Source of the DNA: a virus
UHGV virus genome: UHGV-1377581
Direction: 5' to 3' (one strand)
Length of the DNA: 48,047 nt
The position numbers and the translations under genes are program-made. The notes under the pieces were generated by a model. That model did no database searches and was not told the DNA's origin. It saw nothing but the letters and a program-made list of their open reading frames with translations. The first letter of the stretch is position 1. Each line of letters opens with the position of its first letter. Positions 15,932-26,650 of this stretch are shown piece by piece.

Positions 15932-18900
15932 CTAGACTACTATTCTATTTCCTTTTCTGTATGCTGATATGTATGTCCTCTCTCTTATAAAACCAATGTT
16001 AGATATTGTTCCATCTGAACTTTCTGTCCCTGTAGACCCATTATTTCGCTCAACCCACGGAGTAAATGTTTTTACACTGCTGCCCCTACCACTCTGCGTG
16101 ACTCTAACTATGATCCTGTTCTGTTGCCCCTTTCCTGCTGCCGGAACATCGAAGCCTCGGAGTGCATAGGATCTTGTTCCGCCGTCGTTGCCAGTATCTA
16201 TACTATAGAACTCGATCTCTTCTTTCCCTGGTGTCTGGATAATAACTCTAAATGTGTTCCTGAATGTAGAGTTAACTTGGACAATCAGGTTTGTGTCGAT
16301 GCTCCTATCGAAGTTTTCACCATTGATTTTAAGTATCTCATAATCACCACTATCAATATCCGAATAATCCTTGAATGGTATCGTATTTGACTCCGCAATC
16401 ATCACGTCACCTTCAATGTGCTCGGCATAGACAGTACCCTTAAACCAACCATCAGTTGCGTAGATTGTCCCTCTTACTGTTACCTCGCTGAACTCAGAAC
16501 TACCATTCTTGTTAACCATCCACCCTTGCTGCCCGGCGATGTAGTTGTTAGACTGAATGATGTTTCCGATCTTCGCGTTGGTAATCGAACCATCCTGAAT
16601 AAGCGCGTTATTCATGAAAACCTGGTCATTCTGCACAACAAACGGCAAAGTGTACGCTCCAGACTCAGCATTTCGGATGATAGCGAATCTATCAGCAATA
16701 AACAGAACTTGCGAAACAACGTTGTTCCCTTGCGCGGTAAGCTGTAGGGCCATCCCGGAATTGTATTCCTGGCCGTTGTACTTCAATCCCAACTTCATCG
16801 TGTACATGGAACCGACGCCATTAACGTCAGCCCATGAGTCAAGTTTCTGATCTATCGCCGCGGAGTTCTCTCCGATCCTTGCTGAAAGTGCCTCTTCCGA
16901 CGTAACCCTAGCCTCAGTTTCATTGGCTAGTGCCTCGTTAACTTGAGTTAATCCAGCATTGAGATTTTCGTTGAACTCTGCCGAGATCTGGTTAACCTGC
17001 TGCACCCTGGCTTCCGTCTCATTTGCTATGAGAACTTCTGCGTGTTTAATTTCAGCTTTCCTCTTGCCATTCTCCTTTCTCATTATTCTAACATCGCCAT
17101 CATTCGCTAATGCGTTTTGAATGATACTGTTCGCGTATTCATTGAGTTTTGCCGCGCTATCCTGCGCACTCTCCTGAAGTTCTTTCATTGCGTCGCTGTC
17201 GAGGATCTCATCCAGGATCACATCCGTGATGGCGTTAACGTCAGTAGATGACATGCCGCGAGCGTAATCAGTCCAAGGTGAAACGTTTCCGATCCTGTCT
17301 ACACTTCTCGCCTTGTACCAGTTCACATAGCCAGCGGGCAAAATTGAGTGCCAGTATTCAGCCGCCGGATAAGGAATCAGAGTAAGCAGGCTTGCATCCT
17401 GATCGGTTCCGCTTTGCGACTGGTAAAGCTCAATGTATGCCGTATCCTCTGCACCTTCAGGCATGGCCCACTTAACGCGAATCCCAAAGATTTCATTATC
17501 CGACGCGAAAAGGTTAATTGGCCCTTTCGGCGCTCCAACTTTCCCGGTCAGCGTCGCACTAGCCAAAGCAGACCACGGAGACGCGATATTGCCGCCGCTA
17601 ATGCACCTTACGCGCGCCTGGTATTCGCCAGCATAAATCCCTTCAATGTCAACCTGCGTTGTCGCTGTGCGCGGCACGTTGTTCCAGTTGCCGCCATCCT
17701 TACGCCATTGCACCTCGTAAAGTTTTGCGTACTGCACGGCAGACCAGCCGATTACCATCGTCTCGACGCTCATCCCCTGCACAATGCGTGAGAATGAACT
17801 AATCGACACGTTTTCCGGCGCGCCCATTGAATCCGGGTCAACAACCGACGTTGGGCGGTCGTCAGTGATTACGCCGTTGTCGATCGCGTCGTACTTGTTC
17901 GGGTTGTATTGGGTGGCTGTGATGGCAAAAGTAAATTCGTCGTCATCGCTCCCCTTCTCAATCCTGGTAACAACGTACTGTTCAGCCGCCAGTTGGTCAC
18001 TTTCGATCAGGAATACGCTGTCCGGCGCAACGTCGAAGTTATATCCCACGTTTAGCGTCAGGGTTTTTCCGTCTGCTGATACGCTGGCAATGGTTCGGCG
18101 TAATGGCTTGCCGTCGTCAGTGTTCAGAATCAGCGTATCTCCCGCCTTCGCGTCGCAGCGAAAAGCCAGGAAAACCTGCGTTCCAGTTACTTCCATAATG
18201 CGACCTGACAACACCAGGTTGAAGGCTGATTGCCAGTGCGGATCTGCAACGTAAATAACATCGCCGCACGAAGGGATCATACCTTCCAGACCAGTAGAAA
18301 ACGAAACGGTGGTTGCGCTTAGGTTCGTTTGCAGAATCCAGCGCCCGCGGCGGTTAGCTTCTGTCCGTCTGGTGCAACCGATCGCTGTGATGCTTGTCGG
18401 GTTGTGACCGAACCGCATGGCAGCGTCAGGGTTAAACACTGGTTCAACGTCCTGCTCGTACTGGTTTTCTTCGTCGTCGAACATCACGTTGCACGATGTG
18501 TACATCGTTTTTTCGCTCGGAAATGTTCGCACGAATACGCCGTCAACGACGTTATCAGCAGTGAACAGGTAAACCGGATCGCGTGGTTTATCGACGATAA
18601 TCGAAAGGCTTTCACCGTTGTAGAACGTCATTCCACGGAACGCGGAACAAACATCCCTTACTAACTGGAACGCCTCGACCTGCGACTGCACGATCATATC
18701 CATCAGGTAACGCGGCTCCATCCCTCCGCGATTGTCCGGCACAAGCTCATCACAGTATTGCGACACCTCATAGAGAGACCACTTGTCTACCGGGATTCCT
18801 AACTCGCGCTGGTCTAACCCATAACGCTGATTCATGATCAGGTCGTAAAGAACCCAGGCCGGGTTGTTGCTCCACGCCCATTTAAAAGTTCCGTTCCACG

Positions 18901-19702
18901 TTCCGGAGTATGTCCGGTTAATTGGGTCGTAGTTACTTGGAACCTGAATAATTTTCCACTTCTTCTTGAGCGAGATTGTCGGGATCTGGTTCTGGAACAG
19001 ATCACTATCAAACTCGACGTAAAGCATTGCCGTCAGAGGATAGCGGAATTTTGCATCGATCACCTCAGCGTAGGACTGAACCTGGAAGGCATCAACCACC
19101 TTAACCCCGTCAGCGTCCGGCGTAATTCGGCTTACGCGGATAAGAACCTGCGACGTGAAGTCTTGCGGCAAGTTGACGCGGATGCTGCGATCGTAGCCGC
19201 CAGTCGTGTTCTTGCCGTCAATCTTGCCAGTTAGGTAGGTCTGATAACTTGCGCCGTCTACCGCCATCTCGATCTTGTACTCAACAACCGATCCGACCAT
19301 ATCGCCGTTATCTTTTTGAGTCAGCACGCGCGGCCATAACAGGCGAAAGCGAATAGCAGACAGATTTTTGTTCGATACGGTAAGCGTGTACGGCGTGTTG
19401 TGAGTGACGTCGCGAGCAACCTGGAATTCAGCGCTTGATTCACTGAAGCCCTGGATGTAACTCTGCGTTTGCGTGCCGGGGCGAAATTCTGCAATAACGC
19501 CCTCATAGTTATAACTACCGTCTTCGTTCTGAACCGGAACGCCTCCGAAATGCAACTGCTTCAGGCTGAAGTCATCCACTACTTCACCGTCAGAAACGGC
19601 CAACAATAACTTAATCTTGTCTTTCGAGATCAGGTTATCAGGCATTTCTACCGGGGTTCGCGTCTTGCTGGAACCGCCCTTGCGGGCCTTGATATTAGTC
19701 AT
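15932..19702 (-). CDS. central tail fibre / host-specificity protein J
   Basis: 1256 aa, lambda J-like N-terminus, coiled-coil and C-terminal receptor-binding region. Confidence 0.85.
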   Translation of the reverse strand: MTNIKARKGGSSKTRTPVEMPDNLISKDKIKLLLAVSDGEVVDDFSLKQLHFGGVPVQNEDGSYNYEGVIAEFRPGTQTQSYIQGFSESSAEFQVARDVTHNTPYTLTVSNKNLSAIRFRLLWPRVLTQKDNGDMVGSVVEYKIEMAVDGASYQTYLTGKIDGKNTTGGYDRSIRVNLPQDFTSQVLIRVSRITPDADGVKVVDAFQVQSYAEVIDAKFRYPLTAMLYVEFDSDLFQNQIPTISLKKKWKIIQVPSNYDPINRTYSGTWNGTFKWAWSNNPAWVLYDLIMNQRYGLDQRELGIPVDKWSLYEVSQYCDELVPDNRGGMEPRYLMDMIVQSQVEAFQLVRDVCSAFRGMTFYNGESLSIIVDKPRDPVYLFTADNVVDGVFVRTFPSEKTMYTSCNVMFDDEENQYEQDVEPVFNPDAAMRFGHNPTSITAIGCTRRTEANRRGRWILQTNLSATTVSFSTGLEGMIPSCGDVIYVADPHWQSAFNLVLSGRIMEVTGTQVFLAFRCDAKAGDTLILNTDDGKPLRRTIASVSADGKTLTLNVGYNFDVAPDSVFLIESDQLAAEQYVVTRIEKGSDDDEFTFAITATQYNPNKYDAIDNGVITDDRPTSVVDPDSMGAPENVSISSFSRIVQGMSVETMVIGWSAVQYAKLYEVQWRKDGGNWNNVPRTATTQVDIEGIYAGEYQARVRCISGGNIASPWSALASATLTGKVGAPKGPINLFASDNEIFGIRVKWAMPEGAEDTAYIELYQSQSGTDQDASLLTLIPYPAAEYWHSILPAGYVNWYKARSVDRIGNVSPWTDYARGMSSTDVNAITDVILDEILDSDAMKELQESAQDSAAKLNEYANSIIQNALANDGDVRIMRKENGKRKAEIKHAEVLIANETEARVQQVNQISAEFNENLNAGLTQVNEALANETEARVTSEEALSARIGENSAAIDQKLDSWADVNGVGSMYTMKLGLKYNGQEYNSGMALQLTAQGNNVVSQVLFIADRFAIIRNAESGAYTLPFVVQNDQVFMNNALIQDGSITNAKIGNIIQSNNYIAGQQGWMVNKNGSSEFSEVTVRGTIYATDGWFKGTVYAEHIEGDVMIAESNTIPFKDYSDIDSGDYEILKINGENFDRSIDTNLIVQVNSTFRNTFRVIIQTPGKEEIEFYSIDTGNDGGTRSYALRGFDVPAAGKGQQNRIIVRVTQSGRGSSVKTFTPWVERNNGSTGTESSDGTISNIGFIRERTYISAYRKGNRIVV

Positions 19703-19789
19703 CGTTTAGCCTCCTGTTAATAGTTTTGCAATTGTACACGACAAAAAGCCCGGAGGCTATGCCCCCAGGCCAAAAAGCGAATCGCTTAA

Positions 19790-20392
19790 TTAGTTGTTGT
19801 CTTCGGCGTAAGATCCTGAACCGAACAATGCGCCTCCAGCCAATCTGTAACCGTATGGCAATTGGATTGGATAACCCGCTGCCGTGGTGTTAATCGGCCC
19901 GCCGAAAGCATACGATGGTTTGTTTTCCGGCGACTCGCTCGCTCGCATGTTGCCGCCCATCTGCGGTGCAATCATCTGCATTACGCCACCCAATACCATT
20001 GCGCCACCAGCCATAAACGCCGCCGATGAAAACGCCCCCATTGCCGCCAGTGATGCACCGCCAGTGAAGAAGGCTGCAACCATAATCGCAGCGCCGATAA
20101 CGATCTGCAACAATCCGCCGTTCTTTCTGGCCTTCGGGATGGGGATGATTCGGATCTCCTTAGCTACGGCGAACGTTGCAAAGTCATTCGTGCTGATTGG
20201 TTTTCCGTCCGCCACGATACCAAAGCGCATGTTAGAACCAACCTTGCTCTGCATGAAGGCTTTAAACCCTTCCACCTGGTAGGATAGCGCCCGGATGCAT
20301 TCGCCAACTGAATCGACCGCTAGGTTATGGAAGACACCGAACCGACGCCCAAGGGAGCCTGAAAGTTTAATCGTCTTTGTATGTGATGCCAT
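19790..20392 (-). CDS. tail assembly protein I-like
   Basis: Lambda gpI-like, Gly-rich hydrophobic C-terminal half. Confidence 0.65.
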   Translation of the reverse strand: MASHTKTIKLSGSLGRRFGVFHNLAVDSVGECIRALSYQVEGFKAFMQSKVGSNMRFGIVADGKPISTNDFATFAVAKEIRIIPIPKARKNGGLLQIVIGAAIMVAAFFTGGASLAAMGAFSSAAFMAGGAMVLGGVMQMIAPQMGGNMRASESPENKPSYAFGGPINTTAAGYPIQLPYGYRLAGGALFGSGSYAEDNN

Positions 20393-21104
20393 GTTTAAGA
20401 TCCTTATGTCTGCAAATTAAAACCTTGTGCTGCTCATACCACCCGGAATAGATATCGCGGCGTGATAGCTTGCCGAAGGCGTGGTGAAGGATATTATTGT
20501 TTCCAACGTAAATCCCAGCGTGGTTCCACTTTTCCGCCTGAAGCTGGAAGATAATCATATCTCCGACTTCGGGATCGCCAGTGTTTTCGATGAATCCATC
20601 TTCGCGCCAGTAGTCGCGGTAAAGATCCTCTTTGTATTCCGGCTTCCACCATTCGAACGGTAGGCGGCGGTCAGTCAGCGTGACGCCGTGGCGCTTGTGA
20701 AAATCCATCACCAGGCCGTAGCAATCATACGCGCCCAAAGCCCAGGGGCGACCAATCAGCGGCCTGCGCTTCGGTTCGATAATCCGCATATCACCTTCTG
20801 GAATCGACACGATAACCCACGACAAGCCAGATTCATCACAGAAGCATAAATCTGTGGCGCTCGGAACGGTGGTTGCCCCGTCGCCAGTGTGGGAGTGAAC
20901 GAAGGCGATCGGCTCTCCTTCCAGTGACGCCAGCGCGTACTGTGTTTCGTCCGGCATTGATTCGTTCTCAGGATCTGGCGAAACGTTATCGAGTCGGTGA
21001 TATTTCTGCACGCGTGATTTCTGCGTCACCAGCCCTGCGCACTCATGCGGGTAAACTTCCTTGGCATGCTGCATGATCTGCATTTTGATTTTTGGAGTTA
21101 ACAT
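20367..21104 (-). CDS. tail assembly protein K (MPN/JAB plus NlpC/P60)
   Basis: JAMM motif HSHTGDG and a C-terminal NlpC/P60-like domain. Confidence 0.8.
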   Translation of the reverse strand: MLTPKIKMQIMQHAKEVYPHECAGLVTQKSRVQKYHRLDNVSPDPENESMPDETQYALASLEGEPIAFVHSHTGDGATTVPSATDLCFCDESGLSWVIVSIPEGDMRIIEPKRRPLIGRPWALGAYDCYGLVMDFHKRHGVTLTDRRLPFEWWKPEYKEDLYRDYWREDGFIENTGDPEVGDMIIFQLQAEKWNHAGIYVGNNNILHHAFGKLSRRDIYSGWYEQHKVLICRHKDLKHGITYKDD

Positions 21105-21105
21105 A

Positions 21106-21858
21106 TTACCGTCCGCTTTTCAAGGTTGCAGTAGCGCAACCGCCAAAATCTAAAGCCTCATTGCCGAACCGCAATCGGCACGACGAAACAAGGCCACCGC
21201 AAACATCCTGGCTGGGATCATCTACCCTATTTCCTAATTTGTCAAAGTATCCGTTTTGCCCGTTGTAGCCGCATCCCTTCCCGGTTTTGTACCAGCCGCG
21301 TTGCGCCCAATAACAAACGGTTTGAGTCTGTCGGGCCGGGATCATCAATCCATCCATATCGAAGACGGATGTTAGCTCAAACGTGGCCTTCTGCGGGTCA
21401 ACCTGTTTAGGTCTTTCGATATAGTAAACGAACCGCCGAAAATCGCCATCAGCCACGCTGCCATCTTCTTTCAGCAAATCCTTGACCAAAACCCACACCG
21501 TAACTTTCGCTTGCATGAGGCCGTTGTAGGCGCGAATAAGAGCACTCGCTTGCGCATCAATATTGCTAACCGTCAGCGTTGGCTTTTCTACCGTGCCGTC
21601 ACTTGACATTGCAATCCCGCCGATCCCGAACGGGCGCGGGCCGTATTGCTCGCCGCGAAACGTGATCGCCTTCGGTGTCAGCGTTCCACCGTTAACCGCT
21701 GCCAAAAGTTCTTCGGTTGAGTAGGCGATATTCTCGTTGTGGAATCGATAGATCTTCCCGCCGAACTTCGTGGCGTCAATGTCAATCAGTGTTAAGATCT
21801 CGCCAGGGAACAGCTTTTGCAAGCAGTTCGCAAACTCTTTTGAAACGTTAGTTGTCAT
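21106..21858 (-). CDS. minor tail protein L
   Basis: Position and size, lambda gpL-like, C-terminal Cys cluster. Confidence 0.7.
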   Translation of the reverse strand: MTTNVSKEFANCLQKLFPGEILTLIDIDATKFGGKIYRFHNENIAYSTEELLAAVNGGTLTPKAITFRGEQYGPRPFGIGGIAMSSDGTVEKPTLTVSNIDAQASALIRAYNGLMQAKVTVWVLVKDLLKEDGSVADGDFRRFVYYIERPKQVDPQKATFELTSVFDMDGLMIPARQTQTVCYWAQRGWYKTGKGCGYNGQNGYFDKLGNRVDDPSQDVCGGLVSSCRLRFGNEALDFGGCATATLKSGR

Positions 21859-21897
21859 ATAAATTTCCTCCTCTTATCGACTCCAGATCATAGGCCA

Positions 21898-21930
21898 AAA
21901 AAAAGCACCCGTAAAGGGCGCTTTGTGCTA
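21898..21930 (-). terminator. terminator after M containing a half cassette box (TAGCACAAAG, hairpin, T8)
   Basis: Hairpin AGCGCCC...GGGTGCT plus T8. The TAG is the stop of the M gene. Confidence 0.45.
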
Positions 21931-22272
21931 TCCGGCTGAAGAGAATCGTTCGGCAAACTCCGCCGTTACCTCATACACCCCGCCACCCATCGGCGCGAGA
22001 TTAACAGAGTCTGCCGTTACGACGAATACACCCATTCTTCCATCTGGTGCCTTCCAGATAAATGGCTTCGTCACGTGATTCTGGCAAAAATCATAAACCG
22101 CCTCCCAATCCCTCCCGCCATAAACGATCGGAACCGTCCGGCGCTTTGTGTTGATGCCACTAGATGCAGTCTGGATATATCCATTGCCGAAACTAACCGC
22201 TCGAACGTTGTTGGAAACGGCGACTTTCGCCGCCCCTCCTTGAATTTGAGTACACCATGAAAAAGAATCCAC
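21928..22272 (-). CDS. minor tail protein M
   Basis: Position downstream of the tape measure, lambda gpM-like size. Confidence 0.65.
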   Translation of the reverse strand: MDSFSWCTQIQGGAAKVAVSNNVRAVSFGNGYIQTASSGINTKRRTVPIVYGGRDWEAVYDFCQNHVTKPFIWKAPDGRMGVFVVTADSVNLAPMGGGVYEVTAEFAERFSSAG

Positions 22273-22274
22273 TG

Positions 22275-25241
22275 TTAACCCCTCGTTTTCTCGTTTACGT
22301 ATTTCGCAATTCGCCCGTTTTGGCTCAGTGCCTCCGTGAACATATCATTCACGATCTGCCTTACGCCCTGCTCTAAGCCCTTGCTATCCTGACCGGAACC
22401 CATCGTGATGTTCACGTCACCCATACTAAATACCATTGCTGCCGATGCCGCCACGTTTCCGCCGTTAGTAACGCCAGATCCTGACGAACCGTTAGAGCCT
22501 ACCAGACCGCCGGAAGCATAGCCACGCATCAGCCTGTATAAATTTTCCGGCCCTAATCGGCTGGTCGCCTCTTTGGTAAAGACGAATTCGCCGCCATGCA
22601 CAACGCCTTTTGGTTCGTACTTGCCACCGTTGCCAGTATAGCCGCCGTTGGCGAACCCTTTGCTGAACATGCTGGCGAAGCTGAACGTACCGCCACCGCC
22701 GAACGCAGCAGACATTGCATTGAACAGCGCCATTTTGATTAGCATGCTGGTAATGTCACTAATCACGCTTCTGGCGAAGTCGCTGAAGCTGGCCTTACCC
22801 GTCATGACAAAATCAGTTAGCACAGTAGCCATTCCGTTAAATGCGTTTTGGGTGATGCTCCCGATATTGGAGTACACGTCATTAACTTCGTTACCAATGT
22901 CAGCCCAGGCATGCGTGAATCCTGCTTTCCAGTCAAGCATCTGCGCATCCTGCTGCGCGTAAAACTGTTCGCTTGCTGCCTGCATCTGCTTAAATTGGGC
23001 GTCGTCAAGCGAGCCTCCATTATTCTTCCAGTCCGCCGCCATCTGCGCGTTTGCCCTGTAGCGCTCCTGCTGCTTGCTCCCCATCCCAGCGGTATCCTGA
23101 AGTGCTTTCGTCTTCTCAGACATCTGGTTCTGATACTTCACTGACTTGTCAAGCAAGGCGTTCATGCGCTGCTGCCGGACAATCTGATCGCCCACGATCG
23201 CTTTCTGTTCCGCCATAGCGATGATACTTTGCTTATTGGCTAACATCTGCTTTTCGCTCTGCGTCAGCTTACGCTTGGCGCTCGCTTCTTCCAGCACCTG
23301 GAATTTTGCTACAGTGGTAAAGTAGTCTTTGCGCTGCTGGCTGATTTTGTCGTCAAGCCCTTTGTGCTGCTGCAATACTTTCAACTGCGCCTGCAATGAC
23401 AGCAATTCTGACTGATACTGTTCATCGATCTTAACCCCGGCGTCTGCCTGCTCCTTCCTGGCGTTTCGGTTCTTCAGGATATCCTTTTCTTCCTGATTTA
23501 CCTTATCCTTTGTTGCACTGCTGTAGCCGCCGGACACGTTTTTGTTTTTGGCCGCGTCAATGTAACCCATTTCGCCTTTCGCGATCCTTTCCTGCTGCTC
23601 CGCAATGGTCTTCGCCAGTTCCGCTGATTTGGCTTTGGAATCTTTGATTAGCTGTTCTTGCTGTGCAAGAAAATCATTCCCAAAGTCACCCATGCCAAGC
23701 ACTTTCTGCAACTGCCGACCAGCATCAACGATGAATTGTGCGATCATGGCGTCGCCATCCGTAATCAGTTTCCTGATAACGTTGATGATAGATGAAACCG
23801 TGTCAACAATAAGGTTTAGCGCTCCGACGGTGTGATCACCTACCCACTTCCAGGAGTCTGCGGCCCACTTCTTAATGTCAGTCCACATCGTTTCAAGCGG
23901 CGTTGCGCTGTCTGCGATATCCTTCAGGCGTTTATCCATCGTGTCAGCAAAGAGTTTCGTTGCCGCTTCCGCTGCTGCCGTCTCACCTTTTGTTTTTCGC
24001 AAAGACTCGATGTAGGTTAGCTGCCCTTCCTTCAGGAAATTAAACTGATCATTCAGTTCAGCAAGCCCCTTAACCGGATCCTTTGCGATAGAGTCAAAGT
24101 AACCAGTAATGGTCTTTTCGCTCTCCCCGGTCTGCGCCGCCCATTCCGCCGTAGTCTTCGTGATCGCCTTAATCTGGTTGATGCTGTATTTTCCAGATTG
24201 AGCCAGTGACGTTGCGATCGCCTGAATGCTTCCGACAGTAGCCGATGATGTTTTGTTGATTTCATCGGTTAGGGAGGTGATTTGCCCGGTAGTTGTTGCA
24301 GCATAGCCACCAGTCAGCACCAATGCATTCGCTAGATCTCGCTGTGACTTCCAGGAGTCGTATCCAGCTTTGGCGATAGCCGCAAGAGCAACACCCAAAG
24401 CAACCGCGCCAACTGTTAGCGGGTTAATGTAGCTCAACAAAACTTTGAACGTGTTCCCGATACCGCCGAAGCTATCCTTGATTTGCCCGCCTTGCTGAAT
24501 AGCCACTAACCATACTGGCATCCCGGAAGCAAGAGACGTTACTACGTCAGTGATCTGCGCCGGAAGTTGGCGCATCGCCATTTTATATTGACCTGCTGAA
24601 ATTCCAGCAAGCCCCATAGCATTCTGCTGTTTCTTTAACGCCTGCTCTTGCTGCTTCAGGGCGTTAATGAACGGTGCCGCTTCAGTTGAAACGCCTAATT
24701 GTGCCGCCTTCATTTCCAGCAGTTCGGCGCGAGTCTTGCCGATCGAGTCTGCTTGCTGTTTCAGGCTGGCGACAAAATCACGCCCGGCGTTGGTCGCCTT
24801 CTGCTTCGCCTCAGCCTCAGCGATTGCCGCGCGGCCTTCTTCGGTTAGCGCCAACTGCTGCTGTCTCAGCCTGTTGGTGGTCGACTCAATGACAGCGCCC
24901 AGGCGGAAGAATTCCTTATCCGGCACAAGGCCCAATTGCCAGGCCTTATCCAGTTCTTCCGAAGCCTTGCGCAAGTTAGCCATTTTCGCGATCGTGGGAT
25001 CGATAGCGCCCGCGATGTTGTTGAAATTGGTCTTGGCCTTTTCCGTGGTTTTCTTTTGGTTCTGCAACGCGCGGTTCATTTCCTCAGTCTGCGCCGTCGC
25101 GCGCTTCTCAGCGTCCGCCAGCGACTGAAGACCCGCCCCGGTTTGTTGGCTTTGGTTCTTCAGTTCGGCAAGTGATCGCACCGCTCTGTCAACCTGCGAC
25201 ACGTCAACGCCGAACGTCAAGCCAGCTACTTTATCAGCCAT
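22275..25241 (-). CDS. tail tape measure protein
   Basis: About 990 aa, coiled-coil rich, hydrophobic Gly-rich segments. Start at ATG with SD GGGGG (the track gives 25253). Confidence 0.85.
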   Translation of the reverse strand: MADKVAGLTFGVDVSQVDRAVRSLAELKNQSQQTGAGLQSLADAEKRATAQTEEMNRALQNQKKTTEKAKTNFNNIAGAIDPTIAKMANLRKASEELDKAWQLGLVPDKEFFRLGAVIESTTNRLRQQQLALTEEGRAAIAEAEAKQKATNAGRDFVASLKQQADSIGKTRAELLEMKAAQLGVSTEAAPFINALKQQEQALKKQQNAMGLAGISAGQYKMAMRQLPAQITDVVTSLASGMPVWLVAIQQGGQIKDSFGGIGNTFKVLLSYINPLTVGAVALGVALAAIAKAGYDSWKSQRDLANALVLTGGYAATTTGQITSLTDEINKTSSATVGSIQAIATSLAQSGKYSINQIKAITKTTAEWAAQTGESEKTITGYFDSIAKDPVKGLAELNDQFNFLKEGQLTYIESLRKTKGETAAAEAATKLFADTMDKRLKDIADSATPLETMWTDIKKWAADSWKWVGDHTVGALNLIVDTVSSIINVIRKLITDGDAMIAQFIVDAGRQLQKVLGMGDFGNDFLAQQEQLIKDSKAKSAELAKTIAEQQERIAKGEMGYIDAAKNKNVSGGYSSATKDKVNQEEKDILKNRNARKEQADAGVKIDEQYQSELLSLQAQLKVLQQHKGLDDKISQQRKDYFTTVAKFQVLEEASAKRKLTQSEKQMLANKQSIIAMAEQKAIVGDQIVRQQRMNALLDKSVKYQNQMSEKTKALQDTAGMGSKQQERYRANAQMAADWKNNGGSLDDAQFKQMQAASEQFYAQQDAQMLDWKAGFTHAWADIGNEVNDVYSNIGSITQNAFNGMATVLTDFVMTGKASFSDFARSVISDITSMLIKMALFNAMSAAFGGGGTFSFASMFSKGFANGGYTGNGGKYEPKGVVHGGEFVFTKEATSRLGPENLYRLMRGYASGGLVGSNGSSGSGVTNGGNVAASAAMVFSMGDVNITMGSGQDSKGLEQGVRQIVNDMFTEALSQNGRIAKYVNEKTRG

Positions 25242-25255
25242 GTTAGCCCCCATAT

Positions 25256-25276
25256 GAAAAAAGCGCCCGTAGGCGC
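25256..25276 (-). terminator. intra-operon terminator between the GT chaperone and the tape measure (AAGCGCCTACGGGCGCTT plus T6)
   Basis: Hairpin plus T-tract on the minus strand. Confidence 0.45.
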
Positions 25277-25672
25277 TTATTGTGATTTTTTGTAGATCTG
25301 TTTGAGGTATTCACCCTCCAGGATCTGCAAGTCAAGCAATGCCGCTTCTCGATTGTCGATTTTATACAATTCAAAGAACATAGGCAATGTATTATAGTCC
25401 AGACCCGTTGGGCCATTCACCCCAATGCGCCACTGCGTTTGCATGGCCTGGAATAGTTGCCAACTTTGGGCGGTCTGCTCATCGAAGAAAATTTCCTCTA
25501 AATCAGCCTCGTAATCCGATCGCCGTAAACCATACTCAGCAAGCTGGCGATCGGTTAACTCAGGCTGAAGCGTTAGATAAACAGCCCGCCTTAGACTTTT
25601 GCACGATGCCCGGCAAGCGCGGCCATGTACGTTTGAGGCAATGCCATGACAAAGGAAGGGTAATGCGAGCAC
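25277..25672 (-). CDS. tail assembly chaperone GT, -1 frame extension (T part)
   Basis: ORF in the -1 frame, overlaps the 3' end of G by about 80 nt. No independent ATG or SD. Confidence 0.5.
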   Translation of the reverse strand: MLALPFLCHGIASNVHGRACRASCKSLRRAVYLTLQPELTDRQLAEYGLRRSDYEADLEEIFFDEQTAQSWQLFQAMQTQWRIGVNGPTGLDYNTLPMFFELYKIDNREAALLDLQILEGEYLKQIYKKSQ

Positions 25673-25917
25673 AGCCAGGAAATGTTTTCATCCGTAAATT
25701 CTTCGTCCAGATCCCAGCCTTCGGCCATGAAGCGGATAAAATCCACGTTACCTTTCGGCGCTTTTTCTTCGCTTTCATAAAACTCCTTCATTTCATCGGT
25801 GGAGTGATGTTTTACCGTCATGTTGATGGTTGCATCTTTGCCATCTGGGCAAGTGAAAGTTACCGGAAGTTTGAAGGAAGGAAGTTCGCCGCCAATACGA
25901 ATTTTAAACTTAGCCAT
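25591..25917 (-). CDS. tail assembly chaperone G
   Basis: Position between major tail and tape measure. ATG with SD CAGGAGA. Confidence 0.6.
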   Translation of the reverse strand: MAKFKIRIGGELPSFKLPVTFTCPDGKDATINMTVKHHSTDEMKEFYESEEKAPKGNVDFIRFMAEGWDLDEEFTDENISWLCSHYPSFVMALPQTYMAALAGHRAKV

Positions 25918-25993
25918 TTTGTAATCTCCTGATTGGTATGTGTTGATTGCTATTATGCACAAAAAAAGGCGAGGCACAAGCCCCGCCAGTTAA

Positions 25994-26650
25994 TTAAGCG
26001 TTGGTTACAGGTAAGAAAACGTGCGAACCTTTAAGTGCAACGTTGAGGGTCACGGTTTCCATTTCGTTGACAGCCGTCGACGGGATATCATCGAAGGAAG
26101 CCGTTCCAGACCAATAACGAACTTCCGCCGCTCGCGGTACATACATGTACATCGCTTTCGCCTCTTTGCTCGCATCGGCAGCACGCAGAACCGGGTAGAT
26201 CGCGTTGTCGTACTCATGCGCAAATTGGTAGTTGAGCGTTACCGCAGATTTGTAGGTCGGTTCGGACTGCTCGCGTTCGTCGCTCAGGCACTGATAGTTA
26301 TAATACTGCTGCTCGTTACCATCCTTGCCCAAATCCTGAATACATGGCAATTCGATCCAGTCAGTGACGACGCTCACGCTTCCGGTTGCGGCGGTTGGAT
26401 ACTTGTTGGTGTCGGAGGTGTCGAACTCCTCAAGTGTTGCCACGCCTGCCGCCACTGCTTTTACGCGAGCCACCTTGTTAACAAAGTCGCCCCAAGTGCA
26501 ATCGGTAAAGATTACGATATCGTTAACATCGAGCGCACCATCTGCCACCGTGATTTTTGGGTTTTTCGCGTCGTTGGTCATTGCGGTGAACGGAACCTCC
26601 GCACCGCGAGTCTTCTCAAAGAAGACCTTTGCACCGTTTGGTAAATGCAT
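25994..26650 (-). CDS. major tail protein
   Basis: Position and size (218 aa), followed by a strong leader region. Confidence 0.65.
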   Translation of the reverse strand: MHLPNGAKVFFEKTRGAEVPFTAMTNDAKNPKITVADGALDVNDIVIFTDCTWGDFVNKVARVKAVAAGVATLEEFDTSDTNKYPTAATGSVSVVTDWIELPCIQDLGKDGNEQQYYNYQCLSDEREQSEPTYKSAVTLNYQFAHEYDNAIYPVLRAADASKEAKAMYMYVPRAAEVRYWSGTASFDDIPSTAVNEMETVTLNVALKGSHVFLPVTNA

